From positions 453,425-517,424 of the forward strand of contig CAVZYS010000014.1 in NCBI GenBank assembly GCA_963779555.1: a stretch of 64,000 bases of DNA, read 5' to 3'. Origin of the DNA: an uncultured Acidobacteriaceae bacterium (GTDB taxonomy: Bacteria > Acidobacteriota > Terriglobia > Terriglobales > Acidobacteriaceae). Of the stretch, positions 9,510 through 19,835 are shown piece after piece. Every line of letters begins with the position of its first letter. The first letter of the stretch is position 1. Made by a program: the position numbers and the translations under genes. Under the pieces are notes generated by a model, which was given only the letters and a program-made list of their open reading frames with translations, was not told the origin of the DNA and did not search any database.

Positions 9510-10061
9510 ATGAATCGCTTATTCGCACGTTCGCTCCTCATAGTTGCCAGCCTGGCCGCGCTCAGCCTCGTTGGGTTCGCCCAATCCGCCACGTCCGACA
9601 AGCCGGTCAAGAAGGAGGTTGTCGCGCTGAAAGACGCCAAGGGGGACAGCGTCGGCACGGCTACCATCAAGCCGTCCGGCAAGGGTGTGGAAGTCACGCT
9701 CGACGTGAAGAACCTGCCTCCCGGAGACCACGCTCTGCACTTTCATCAGAACGCCAAGTGCGATCCCCCGGACTTCAAGTCCGCCGGCCCGCACTTCAAC
9801 CCTGACAAGAAGGAGCACGGTCTCCTCAATCCCAACGGCCACCACAATGGCGACATGGCGAACTTCACCGTTAGGCCCAACGGCACCGCGAAGGTCGAAG
9901 TCAAGGATGCAGATGTTGTCTTGGGCACGGGCAGCGAGCCCAACTCGTTGTTCGCCAACGGAGGCACGGCGCTAATGATTCACGCCCACGCCGACGACAT
10001 GAAGACCGATCCTGCGGGCAACGCTGGCGACCGCATCGCTTGCGGCGTGATCACCAAGTAG
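9510..10061 (+). CDS. sodC: Cu/Zn superoxide dismutase, secreted
   Basis: Signal peptide, then HALHFHQNAKC, GPHFNP, NGHHNGDMAN and DRIACGVI motifs. Confidence 0.9.
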   Translation: MNRLFARSLLIVASLAALSLVGFAQSATSDKPVKKEVVALKDAKGDSVGTATIKPSGKGVEVTLDVKNLPPGDHALHFHQNAKCDPPDFKSAGPHFNPDKKEHGLLNPNGHHNGDMANFTVRPNGTAKVEVKDADVVLGTGSEPNSLFANGGTALMIHAHADDMKTDPAGNAGDRIACGVITK

Positions 10062-10140
10062 CCCCGGCCACGCGCGTCGCGTCGTTCTCTTCATCACAGC
10101 GAAGGCACGGGCATGTGATCACACTGGTCAAGGGAGAGTT

Positions 10141-11124
<984 letters not shown>

Positions 11125-11134
11125 CGTAATTTTT

Positions 11135-11163
11135 CACCACGGAGACACGGAGGCACCGAGAAA
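11135..11163 (+). repeat. tandem octamer array CACNGAGN (3 units)
   Basis: caccacggagacacggaggcaccgagaaa sits directly after the galE stop. It belongs to the same family as 12299..12373. Confidence 0.7.
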
Positions 11164-11281
11164 TCGCAAAAATTTTCAAACTTTCATTATGGGCGCAGCG
11201 AGTGGGACGGCAGATCGTGGCGAGGGCTCCAGCCCGAGCGATGCAACTCGTGACTCCCATGGTGTTAAACTTCTGCGCGTT

Positions 11282-11809
11282 ATGCAAAGACTGCTGCTAA
11301 TAGCTTCAGTGATGGCAATTGCCATACCCGCAACCGGGCAAGGCGTCTCGCCGCCCGATGTGCCCGACAAAATCAAAGCACCTGCTGGCGAGGAGGTTGT
11401 GCTGCAGGCGCACGCGACGGGCTCGCAGATCTACGTGTGTCAGCCGGGAACGGACGGCAAGCTCGCCTGGGCCTTGAAAGCTCCGGAAGCGGAGCTGCAT
11501 GACCAGCAAGGGGCGGTGATCGGCCGGCACTATGCTGGACCCACGTGGAAGGACAACGACGGCAGTGAAGTCACAGGTAAGGCCGTGGCCCGGGTCGATT
11601 CACCGGATTCGGATTCAATTCCCTGGCTGCTGGTGACGGCCACGTGTCATTCCGGGGCGGGCGTGCTCAGCCGCGTCACCAGCATCCAGCGAATCAACAC
11701 CAAGGGCGGACTGCCGCCACCAGCAGCCGACTGCAATGCCGCGAAACAGAACGTCGAGGCAAAGAGCAGCTACACTGCCGATTACTACTTCTACGCACCG
11801 GCGAAATGA
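11282..11809 (+). CDS. DUF3455-like secreted protein
   Basis: Signal peptide MQRLLLIASVMAIAIPATG, then the YVCQ...WALKAPEAEL...GRHYAGPTWKDNDGSEV pattern I associate with DUF3455. Start moved from 11189 to the signal-peptide ATG. Confidence 0.65.
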   Translation: MQRLLLIASVMAIAIPATGQGVSPPDVPDKIKAPAGEEVVLQAHATGSQIYVCQPGTDGKLAWALKAPEAELHDQQGAVIGRHYAGPTWKDNDGSEVTGKAVARVDSPDSDSIPWLLVTATCHSGAGVLSRVTSIQRINTKGGLPPPAADCNAAKQNVEAKSSYTADYYFYAPAK

Positions 11810-11850
11810 GATGTGGACTAAGAACGGGTTGGCGGGCAAGCCGCCTGAAC

Positions 11851-12267
11851 TTAGCCCAAGAATCGGACGCGCTGTTCAGCGGTGGGAATGAGGCAGTTTG
11901 CCGCACCTGACGACAATCGGCGGCGGTTGCGGGCGATCAGGCGATATCCCCAGTTGCGCAGTGCGGCTGGAATCAGAGAGCCTACCGTGGCGAGAGCGGA
12001 CCACGCTCCTCCGAGATAGTCGGCGGCACGCAGCACGGAGTCAGACTCAACGGCGGCGTGACCGTTGGCGACCCACAACATCGATTCGACGGCTTCGAGG
12101 TGATAGGTGTGGCGCAATTCCTTGCCCAGCGCGGAGTCGCGAGGCACGAACAGCAGGTCGTGACGGCGCTCGTGACGCAGGATGAATTGCACCGAACGGC
12201 TGCAGAATCCGCACGAGCCGTCGTACACCAGCATGGGCTGCGCGGCCGTTGTCAATGTACGATCCAT
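11851..12267 (-). CDS. thiol-disulfide oxidoreductase, DCC family (DUF393)
   Basis: VYDGSCGFCSRSVQFI motif near the N-terminus and a size of about 138 aa. Confidence 0.75.
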   Translation of the reverse strand: MDRTLTTAAQPMLVYDGSCGFCSRSVQFILRHERRHDLLFVPRDSALGKELRHTYHLEAVESMLWVANGHAAVESDSVLRAADYLGGAWSALATVGSLIPAALRNWGYRLIARNRRRLSSGAANCLIPTAEQRVRFLG

Positions 12268-12298
12268 CGCTTGATTTCGCTAGCCAAGATACGAATAT

Positions 12299-12373
12299 TC
12301 ACCACAAAGGCACCGAGACACAGAGAAGATTAGATATTCAAAGTCCTCCGTGCCTCAGTGTCTCTGTGGTCAA
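12299..12373. repeat. inverted pair of CACNGAGN octamer arrays
   Basis: Left arm caccacaaaggcaccgagacacagagaag. Right arm cctccgtgcctcagtgtctctgtggt (reverse-complement units NCTCNGTG). It lies between an aminotransferase stop and the DCC gene start. Confidence 0.7.
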
Positions 12374-12386
12374 TCCTCCGTACGGG

Positions 12387-13547
12387 CTATCCCTTGTAGC
12401 CTGCGCCACGCAAGGCTTTGCCGAAGCGCGCGAGGAAGTCCTGCACGTGGTCTGAGGTCGCCAGCGGACCCATCAGGCCGATGCGGAAGACCTTGCCCGC
12501 TAGCGGACCAAAGCCTCCGGCGATCTCGATGCCGTCGTCCTTGAGCAACGTGGCGCGGACTTTGGCGTCGTCCACGCCTTCAGGCACCTGCGGCGTGTTG
12601 AGGTTCCAGATGCGGTACTGGGCAGGAACGAGCATCTCGAGTCCCATCGCACCCACGCCCTTGACGAACTCGAGGTGCGCCTGACGATGACGCTCGCAGC
12701 GGTTCTCCAGGCCTTCTTCCTCGATCAGGCTGAGGCCCTCGTGCAGCGCATAGAACAGCGTCGCCGAGGCGGTGTGATGGTAGCGATGCGAGACGAACAG
12801 GTAGTCGCCGATGAGCTTGATGTCGAAATACCAGGAGCGGTTGGTGGACTTGCGCGCCTGCAACCACTCGACGGCGCGCGGCGAGATGGTGATGGGCGAC
12901 AGTCCTGGAGGACAGCTCAAGCCTTTCTGGGTGCAGCTGTAGGCGATGTCGATGCCGGTCTGGTCAACGTTGACGGGCATGGCACCGAGCGAAGTGACGC
13001 AGTCGGCAATGACTAGCGCGCCCACTTCGTGCGCTGCCTTGCAGATGGCCTCGCCGCGCTGAAAGACTCCGGTGGAGGTTTCGGCAGTCACATACATCAC
13101 GACCTTGGGCTTCTCGCGATGGATGAACTCGGCGGCTTCGGTATCGCCGAAAGCTCCGCCCCAGGGCTTCTCGAAGCGAACGATGTCGGCACCGTGGCGC
13201 TTGGCCATTTCGGTCATACGATCGCAGAAGAAGCCATTGGCAAAGATTCCGACCTTCATGCCGGGCTCGACGAAGTTACTGATAGCGGCTTCCATGCCGC
13301 CGCTGCCGGTGGCGGAGATGACGAACGTCCACTCGTTGGTGGTGCCGAAGACGTGGCGCAGCATGCGCTGGTTGGCCTGGCTGATCTCGAAGAAGTAGGG
13401 ATCGAGGTGGCCGACTACAGGCTGTGCCATGGCTTCATACACCCGGGGATGCACCTGGGTGGGGCCGGGTCCGAATAGTAGCCTTTTCGGGGGATGGACA
13501 GTGATTTCTTGACTGACGGAAGCTGTGTCTTGCTGAGTGAGAGGCAT
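12387..13547 (-). CDS. class V aminotransferase (serine-pyruvate/alanine-glyoxylate type)
   Basis: LLFGPGPTQVHPRV start motif and SCTQKGLSCPPG (PLP-Lys region). Start chosen at 13547, preceded by AGGGAG with 5-nt spacing. Confidence 0.8.
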   Translation of the reverse strand: MPLTQQDTASVSQEITVHPPKRLLFGPGPTQVHPRVYEAMAQPVVGHLDPYFFEISQANQRMLRHVFGTTNEWTFVISATGSGGMEAAISNFVEPGMKVGIFANGFFCDRMTEMAKRHGADIVRFEKPWGGAFGDTEAAEFIHREKPKVVMYVTAETSTGVFQRGEAICKAAHEVGALVIADCVTSLGAMPVNVDQTGIDIAYSCTQKGLSCPPGLSPITISPRAVEWLQARKSTNRSWYFDIKLIGDYLFVSHRYHHTASATLFYALHEGLSLIEEEGLENRCERHRQAHLEFVKGVGAMGLEMLVPAQYRIWNLNTPQVPEGVDDAKVRATLLKDDGIEIAGGFGPLAGKVFRIGLMGPLATSDHVQDFLARFGKALRGAGYKG

Positions 13548-13676
13548 AAGAACTCCCTTATAATGTCGATACAAGTATAGCTACACGGTTGGGTTCTGGC
13601 ACGGGCGAATGTTTAATGCCCTGGCGACGAACGAGACTAGGGCCCGTGGCGGCTGGCACTTGCTCCCACGGCCTGG

Positions 13677-14957
13677 ATGCAATCGGAATATGCGCCCTCT
13701 CGGGAGATGGGAATGATGTTTCTTAAACTGCTGCTGTTGGTCGCGGCAGTAGGGCTGGTGACAAGTACCGGGTACCTGGTGCTGGTGATGATCGCCAGCG
13801 CGCGGTTTCGCCGCGGCCAGCAGTGCCGGATTGACGGTGAGGCCGCATTTCCGCCCGTCACCTTGCTGAAGCCGGTCTGCGGCATGGAACCCGGCTTGGA
13901 AGCCAACCTGACCAGCTTTTTCGAGCAACAGTATCCGAGTTTCGAAATTATCTTTGGCGCGCGCCACGGGGACGATCCTGCGCTGGACGTGGTGCGGCGC
14001 ATCAGCAGTAAGTACCCTGCGGTGCCGGTGAAGATCGTTGCTACGGGCGAGCCACTGCGTCCCAACGCCAAGGTGTGCTCGCTGGTGAAGATGTACGGCC
14101 ATGCCTCCCACGATTACCTCATCATCAGCGACAGCGATGTGCATGTTGCGCCCAACTACATCGCGGAAGTGGTGCGCCCGCTGCTTGATCCGGCCAATGG
14201 CATGGTGACGTGTCTGTATCGCGGCGTGGCCACAGGGGGACTTTGGTCAAGGCTCGAGGCACTGGGCATGAGCGTTGAGATGACGTCGGGCGCGATTGTA
14301 GCGAACCTGCTGGAAGGCATGAAGTTCGCATTAGGGCCGACCATGGCGATTCGGCGCGATGCATTGGAGTCAGTCGGTGGTTTCGAACCGCTGGCGGACT
14401 ATTGCGCCGACGACTACTTGCTGGGCCGCGAGGTCTCCGACAGCGGCAGGCGGGTGGTGATGTCGGATCACGTCATCGATCACGTGGTGATCAACCGCAG
14501 CTTTGCCTGCTCGATGCGACACCAGATTCGGTGGATGAAGAGCACGCGCTTTTCGCGGCGCGCGGGGCATGCCGGAACGGCGTTGACCTTTGCCATGCCA
14601 TTTGGACTGCTGGGATTGCTGGCGGCTGGCGCACTGCATCATTGGGCGCTCGGGGTCGGCTTGTTTGCCCTGGCCTACCTGAACCGGGCGGTCATGGCGA
14701 TTGTGGCGGGCTGGGGTGTGGTGTGTGATGATCAGGCGTTGCGTTACGCGTGGCTCTATCCTCTTCGCGGCTTGATGGGGTTTGTATTCTGGTGCGCCAG
14801 CTATTCCGGCCGCATGATTGAATGGCGCGGCGACTGGTACCGGCTGGAACAAGGAGGACGGATGGTGCTCGTGCATCCCGGCGCCGCCACCGTCGCGCGA
14901 ACTCTGGCGGATACCGAAGCAGCCACGCCGACGGCCGTAGGTGACCGATACTCCTGA
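13677..14957 (+). CDS. family-21-like glycosyltransferase (ceramide glucosyltransferase/HpnI-like)
   Basis: N-terminal TM, VTLLKPVCGMEPGLEANL, ISDSDV (DxD) and the QIRWMKSTR (Q/RxxRW) motif, with C-terminal TM helices. Start uncertain (13677 or 13707). Confidence 0.7.
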   Translation: MQSEYAPSREMGMMFLKLLLLVAAVGLVTSTGYLVLVMIASARFRRGQQCRIDGEAAFPPVTLLKPVCGMEPGLEANLTSFFEQQYPSFEIIFGARHGDDPALDVVRRISSKYPAVPVKIVATGEPLRPNAKVCSLVKMYGHASHDYLIISDSDVHVAPNYIAEVVRPLLDPANGMVTCLYRGVATGGLWSRLEALGMSVEMTSGAIVANLLEGMKFALGPTMAIRRDALESVGGFEPLADYCADDYLLGREVSDSGRRVVMSDHVIDHVVINRSFACSMRHQIRWMKSTRFSRRAGHAGTALTFAMPFGLLGLLAAGALHHWALGVGLFALAYLNRAVMAIVAGWGVVCDDQALRYAWLYPLRGLMGFVFWCASYSGRMIEWRGDWYRLEQGGRMVLVHPGAATVARTLADTEAATPTAVGDRYS

Positions 14958-15146
14958 AGGGCTTATGGGGTTTTGTGGAACCCCGGTACCGCTAAAGTGG
15001 AACATAGAATGTGGGAGTGTGATCGCGCGCTGGAATCCTGCGCCGCGGCTGCGCTTCTGGTCGTCCAATGGGTGCCTGTCATTCGTGATGGGCGCACCTT
15101 TCTGCTGTAATGTCTGGAGTGACACCCGAGTGAGAATCCTTTAACG

Positions 15147-16589
15147 ATGAAGCTTAATTCTGCCCGCCTTCCTTCCCTTGCCATCTTGCTTGCCGTGTTC
15201 GCATTGATTCCCGCGGCCACCTCGGCGCAAACCGAGAAGCCGGTGACTTCGGCTGGCGCGATGCGCAACGATCCGTTGCATATTTTCAGTCAGTCGGTTC
15301 AGGCGCTGACCGCGGCTGTGACCAAGTCGGTGGTGCAAATCGTCGCCACCGGGTACGGCTTCAGCTCCGGCAAAGAATCCTCCGGCACGGCGTTGTTCGA
15401 GCCGCAAGAAGCCATCGGATCGGGAGTGATTCTGACATCGGATGGATATATCGTGACCAACGCGCACGTGGTGCAAGGAGCGCGCAAAATTCGGATACGG
15501 CTTCCAGGTTTGGAGGCGCCCGGCACTGACGATTCGAAGCCGCATGGCCCGGTGACCGCCAAGCTGGTCGGACTCGACCGGCAATCCGATCTCGCGGTGC
15601 TGAAGATCGACGGGTCGAACCTGCCGGCGCTGCAGTTAGCCAACTCCGATGAATTAAAGCAGGGGCAAGTCGTATTTGCCTTCGGCAGTCCGCAGGGGTT
15701 GGAGAATTCGGTGACCATGGGCGTGGTCAGTGCCACGGCGCGGCAAGTCAGCGACGAGAACCCGACAACCTACATTCAGACGGATGCACCCATCAATCCC
15801 GGCAACAGCGGCGGTCCGCTGGTGGACGTGGACGGTCGCGTCGTTGGCATTGACACGTTCATTCTCTCCGAATCCGGCGGCAGCGAGGGGCTGGGCTTTG
15901 CCATTCCCAGCAACGTGGTGCGTAACATCTACGAGCAGCTCAGGACCGAAGGGCACGTACATCGCGGGCAGATTGGCGTGTATCTCCGCACCGTCACGCC
16001 CGACTTGGCCGAGGGACTGAAGCTGCCGCGCAGCCATGGAGTACTGCTGGAAGATGTGTCCCCTGGATCGTCCGCCGACAGGGCGGGTTTGAAAGTCGGC
16101 GAGTTGGTGACCAATATCGGAGGCAAGCCAGTGGGGGATGTGAAGGAGTTTGCGACCCTGCTGTTCGCCTACAGGATCGGGCAAGAGGCTCCGATTGGGG
16201 TGTTGCGTGGCGGTAAGGAAGTTACGGTTGACGTGACCGTGGCTGAACGGCCCGACGATCCGCAGCGTTTTGCCGACATGGTAACCGGCCCCGGCAACGT
16301 GGTGAACCGGCTGGGCATCGTCGGTATCACCATCAATGATGATTTGAAGAAGCTGTTGCCGGAGCTGCGGATTCCTTCGGGCGTGATTGTGGCCGCACGC
16401 ACACCGGCCAGCACACTGTTGGGTGAGGGTCCGGAACCCGGCGACGTGATCCACGCGGTCAATACGACTCCCATCACGGACATTGCCGGACTGAGGCAGG
16501 TGCTGCGATCGGTCCAGCCCGGCGATCCTATCGTGCTGCAAATCGAGCATGACGGGGAGTTGAGCTACCTGGTGATGGAATCGGAGTAG
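15147..16589 (+). CDS. Do/HtrA-family periplasmic serine protease with two PDZ domains
   Basis: Signal peptide, catalytic triad context (TNAHVV, DLAVLK, GNSGGPLV), then two PDZ-like regions. Confidence 0.9.
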   Translation: MKLNSARLPSLAILLAVFALIPAATSAQTEKPVTSAGAMRNDPLHIFSQSVQALTAAVTKSVVQIVATGYGFSSGKESSGTALFEPQEAIGSGVILTSDGYIVTNAHVVQGARKIRIRLPGLEAPGTDDSKPHGPVTAKLVGLDRQSDLAVLKIDGSNLPALQLANSDELKQGQVVFAFGSPQGLENSVTMGVVSATARQVSDENPTTYIQTDAPINPGNSGGPLVDVDGRVVGIDTFILSESGGSEGLGFAIPSNVVRNIYEQLRTEGHVHRGQIGVYLRTVTPDLAEGLKLPRSHGVLLEDVSPGSSADRAGLKVGELVTNIGGKPVGDVKEFATLLFAYRIGQEAPIGVLRGGKEVTVDVTVAERPDDPQRFADMVTGPGNVVNRLGIVGITINDDLKKLLPELRIPSGVIVAARTPASTLLGEGPEPGDVIHAVNTTPITDIAGLRQVLRSVQPGDPIVLQIEHDGELSYLVMESE

Positions 16590-17168
16590 CTAAATGTCCA
16601 CCACGCCACAGGTGCCGGGAGCGTCGTCTTGCTCGTCCTGTGGGCCTTTGGCGCCACCCTCGCGCATCTTAGCGCTGATCTCCTCGATGATCACTTCCAC
16701 CACTGCGGTTGTCGCCAGGTGTGACGATGGCGCGGGCGTGTAATCGCGCCCGGCGGTGCGTCCGGGAAAGTAGCGCGAGGTCATGGCCTCGAACATCACG
16801 CGCTTTTCTTCTTCATCATCAAAGATGCGGCCACGTCCGAAGCACATCACACTGCGGTAATTGGCAGAGTGATACTTGGCGTCACGCGAGTACACCAACC
16901 CATCGAGTTGGGTGACGGCGATACAGACCGGAATGCCGGAAGCCAGTTGCTGGAGTGCGCGGCTGGCGAATCCGCTGTGTAGATAGATGCGGTCGGGGCG
17001 ATCGGACGAATAGTGATAGAGCATGGGGATAACGTAGGGACGGCCATCCTGTTCGAAACCAACGTGGGCGACTTGGCCCTGCTCAAGGAACTCCTGCGCG
17101 CGTTGTGGGACTGCGCGCTCGGGATGCTGACGGACGGTGGTTATCCAGTCGCCGGTTTGCTCGCCCAT
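16590..17168 (-). CDS. pyridoxamine 5'-phosphate oxidase-family FMN-binding protein
   Basis: Split-barrel pattern (GQVAHVGFEQDGRPYVIPMLYHY...IYLHSGFASR). Start at 17168 is preceded by GGAGA. Its stop codon abuts the HtrA stop with no spacer. Confidence 0.65.
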   Translation of the reverse strand: MGEQTGDWITTVRQHPERAVPQRAQEFLEQGQVAHVGFEQDGRPYVIPMLYHYSSDRPDRIYLHSGFASRALQQLASGIPVCIAVTQLDGLVYSRDAKYHSANYRSVMCFGRGRIFDDEEEKRVMFEAMTSRYFPGRTAGRDYTPAPSSHLATTAVVEVIIEEISAKMREGGAKGPQDEQDDAPGTCGVVDI

Positions 17169-17231
17169 GATGGTTCTCCAGTGTGTCTCTAGCATCGCTG
17201 AAATTGTTGCGGATGGGAAGTGCAGCAAAAG

Positions 17232-18383
17232 CTAACTGGCGGCGAGTTCCCGCCGCACCGGGCGCGGCTCGAACGCGATGCGCTGCTCGGCGACGCGCAA
17301 GAACCAGCGGTCAACCACGACGTTGCGGCAGAAAGAATTGCTGCGCAGCAATTGCCGTCCCAGTATCTCGCGCATGGTGTGCGGAAGCAGTTGCGACAGC
17401 GTGTCGAGCCGGCTGTGTTCGCGGTGCAAGCGTGAATTTAGCAGCTCATGATAGAGCGTCAACCTCCTCACGCTGTAATCGCCCTCAGCTGAAAGAATCG
17501 CGTGGGCGGCGATTAAGCCCGACTCAATCGCTGGCCGGATTCCCTCGCCGCTCTCGGGATAGGCCAGTCCGGCGGCGTCGCCGATCAGAAGGACGCCGTC
17601 GTCGAGAACCTTGCGCTGCGAGCGGCCAAAGAGTCCATAGGCATGGCCAGCGATTCCGCTGTCGGGGGTTTCGACCGCGCGAGTCTTCGCCAAATAGCCG
17701 ACGAAATCTTTCACGTGGCGGGATATTTCGTGCGAATCAGTGCGGCCGAGCCCGACGTTCAGGAAGTTGTTCTTGCGAAAAATCCAGCCGTAGCCGCGCA
17801 TATCGCGGCAGAAGAAAAGTTCGGGAAGATCACCGGCGATTTTCGATTCGGCCGCTTGGGCGGGGTCCATCTCGAATTCGATTTCCTGTGCCAGCACCGG
17901 TGCGGGTGCACCTTTGTTGCCGAGATGGCGCCCCACAGGACAGAAATGTCCGCCAGCGCCGACCAGAACTCGCGAGCGGATATTGCTGTTCACAAGCCAG
18001 CCGCCGTCCGAACGCTCGATCGAGGTAATGGGCTCACCCTCGTGGAGTCGTGCTCCGCTTCGCCGCAGCAGGTATTCGTCGAACTCGCAGCGGCGAATGC
18101 CGTAGCTGACGATGCGCTCGCTTCGAACCTCGACTTGCGGCCCGCCAATGGCATTGAGGCGAAAGCCGGAAATCGGTTGCAGGACTCTTCCCGGCCCGTA
18201 GTCTTCGGGGGCGATGGCAAGCTCCTCGAGCACCAACGGCGTGATCCATCCGCCGCAGAGTTTGTTGCGCGGAAACACACTGCGGTCGACGATCAGCACG
18301 TCGAGTCCAGAGCCACGAAGTCCCCAGGCGCACGAAGATCCGGCGGGCCCGCCACCGACGATCATTACATCGCACGAGTCCAT
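17232..18383 (-). CDS. FAD-dependent oxidoreductase, geranylgeranyl-reductase family
   Basis: DVMIVGGGPAGSSCA dinucleotide-binding motif, KLCGGWITP and GDAAGLAYPESGEGI. Confidence 0.8.
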   Translation of the reverse strand: MDSCDVMIVGGGPAGSSCAWGLRGSGLDVLIVDRSVFPRNKLCGGWITPLVLEELAIAPEDYGPGRVLQPISGFRLNAIGGPQVEVRSERIVSYGIRRCEFDEYLLRRSGARLHEGEPITSIERSDGGWLVNSNIRSRVLVGAGGHFCPVGRHLGNKGAPAPVLAQEIEFEMDPAQAAESKIAGDLPELFFCRDMRGYGWIFRKNNFLNVGLGRTDSHEISRHVKDFVGYLAKTRAVETPDSGIAGHAYGLFGRSQRKVLDDGVLLIGDAAGLAYPESGEGIRPAIESGLIAAHAILSAEGDYSVRRLTLYHELLNSRLHREHSRLDTLSQLLPHTMREILGRQLLRSNSFCRNVVVDRWFLRVAEQRIAFEPRPVRRELAAS

Positions 18384-19606
18384 AGTTCGTCGTCCGACTC
18401 CTCGCGGACTGGGGCATAAAGGTGTTCGCGCGTCCAGGGGATCGACTGGCAGCGGCTGCCGGCGAACAAGACCTGGAACAACTGCAGATTACCGGCGCGG
18501 AATGTGGCGATTGATCCGGCAAGGTAGAGCCGCCACATGCGAGCGAAGTCCATACCGTACTCGCGCACGACCGCATCGAAGGCAGAATCAAACCGGGCCA
18601 GCCAGTGCTCGAGAGTCTTGGCGTAATGCTGACGAAGATTCTCGATGTCGAGCACCGAGTAGTTCTGGGGTTCGAGAACCTCCATTGATTCTCGCAGCGA
18701 TGGTGCATAAGCGCCGGGAAAGATGCGCTTCCTGATCCAGACGCTGAATGGCCGAGGTTGGTTGCGACCGATGAAGTGCAGGAACCCGCGGCCTGTATCG
18801 CCGATGGCGCGATGAATGATGCGGCTCAACTCGGGGTAGTTCTCCCGCCCCACATGCTCCAGCATGCCAACCGAGACGAATACGTCGAATTGGCCGCTGA
18901 CGTTGCGGTAATCGTCTTCGACAAATTCCACCCTATCGGCGACACCCGCCCCTTTCGCCCACTCGCGGGCCCACACAATTTGTTCGTGCGAGATGTTGAA
19001 GGCCCTGACACGGACTCCGTAGTGCTGCGCCATGTAGATGGCCAGCGCGCCCCAGCCGCAACCGACTTCGACCACCGTCTCATCGGGGCGCAGGCAGAGC
19101 TTGCGGCAGACCAGGTCGAGTTTCGCCTCCTGCGCCTCTTCGAGGGAGGCGTCGGGCGTGGGGAAATAGGCGCAGGTGTACACCATTTGCTCATCGAGCC
19201 AGAGCCGGTAGAAATCGTTGGAGAGGTCGTAGTGATGATGAATGTTGCGCGATGAACCGCGCTGGGTGTTGGCTTGTGCCCAATCCAGCCACTTCGACAA
19301 CAACCGCCACGACCAGTTGCGGACGCGAGGAGACGATTGGCACACGCATTCCAGACTGCGGACCAGGTCGCCTTCCAACTCTATCTTGCCGGAGGAGTAG
19401 GCGTCACCAAAAGCCACCTCGGGATTCATGACCATCGAAAACAAGGTGGAACGGTCTGGAATACGAACCGTACCGACAATGGGCGTGTCGGTGTCGGGCA
19501 GGTCTTCCGCGTCGCGCAAAGCCAGGGCGACCGGAATTGGACCAAGTAGAGTGCGCAGAACAGCGAGCAGTTTACGATCCAGAGGGGAAGTCGCAGGTCG
19601 GTTCAC
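18365..19606 (-). CDS. cfa: cyclopropane-fatty-acyl-phospholipid synthase-type SAM methyltransferase
   Basis: HYDLSNDFYRLWLD, VVEVGCGWGALA SAM motif and FVSVGMLEHVG. Overlaps the downstream reductase gene by 19 nt. Confidence 0.85.
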   Translation of the reverse strand: MNRPATSPLDRKLLAVLRTLLGPIPVALALRDAEDLPDTDTPIVGTVRIPDRSTLFSMVMNPEVAFGDAYSSGKIELEGDLVRSLECVCQSSPRVRNWSWRLLSKWLDWAQANTQRGSSRNIHHHYDLSNDFYRLWLDEQMVYTCAYFPTPDASLEEAQEAKLDLVCRKLCLRPDETVVEVGCGWGALAIYMAQHYGVRVRAFNISHEQIVWAREWAKGAGVADRVEFVEDDYRNVSGQFDVFVSVGMLEHVGRENYPELSRIIHRAIGDTGRGFLHFIGRNQPRPFSVWIRKRIFPGAYAPSLRESMEVLEPQNYSVLDIENLRQHYAKTLEHWLARFDSAFDAVVREYGMDFARMWRLYLAGSIATFRAGNLQLFQVLFAGSRCQSIPWTREHLYAPVREESDDELWTRAM

Positions 19607-19835
19607 AGCTTCCTCCAGTTTTCGACATCATAGCCGCAAAATTGCAAAAAGCGCCAGCTAGTATCAGACGGAAGTGCGGCCGCGCCGGATGCAATTTCCC
19701 GTCTGCTCAAGCTTTACACCTTTTGCGGACGAAACTCCTGTTAAATCAGAGCAGTTGGGGCCGAAAAGCGCGAGTCTTCCGCTTGTGGGAACCTAAGCCG
19801 TCGCTGATATCCGTCCGGTTAACGATGTTCTTTGC

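Noticed and set aside
15654-16550. 298-aa minus-strand ORF opposite the HtrA gene, and similar shadows opposite uvrC (44635..45651), dnaJ (51064..52002), dnaK (52202..53044) and the K+ channel (61656..62927)
   Set aside because: Each overlaps a confidently identified gene on the other strand and has low-complexity, basic composition.
17183-18028. 281-aa Arg-rich + strand ORF
   Set aside because: It lies antisense to the geranylgeranyl-reductase-family gene. Its composition (runs of R, A, S) is that of a GC-driven artefact.
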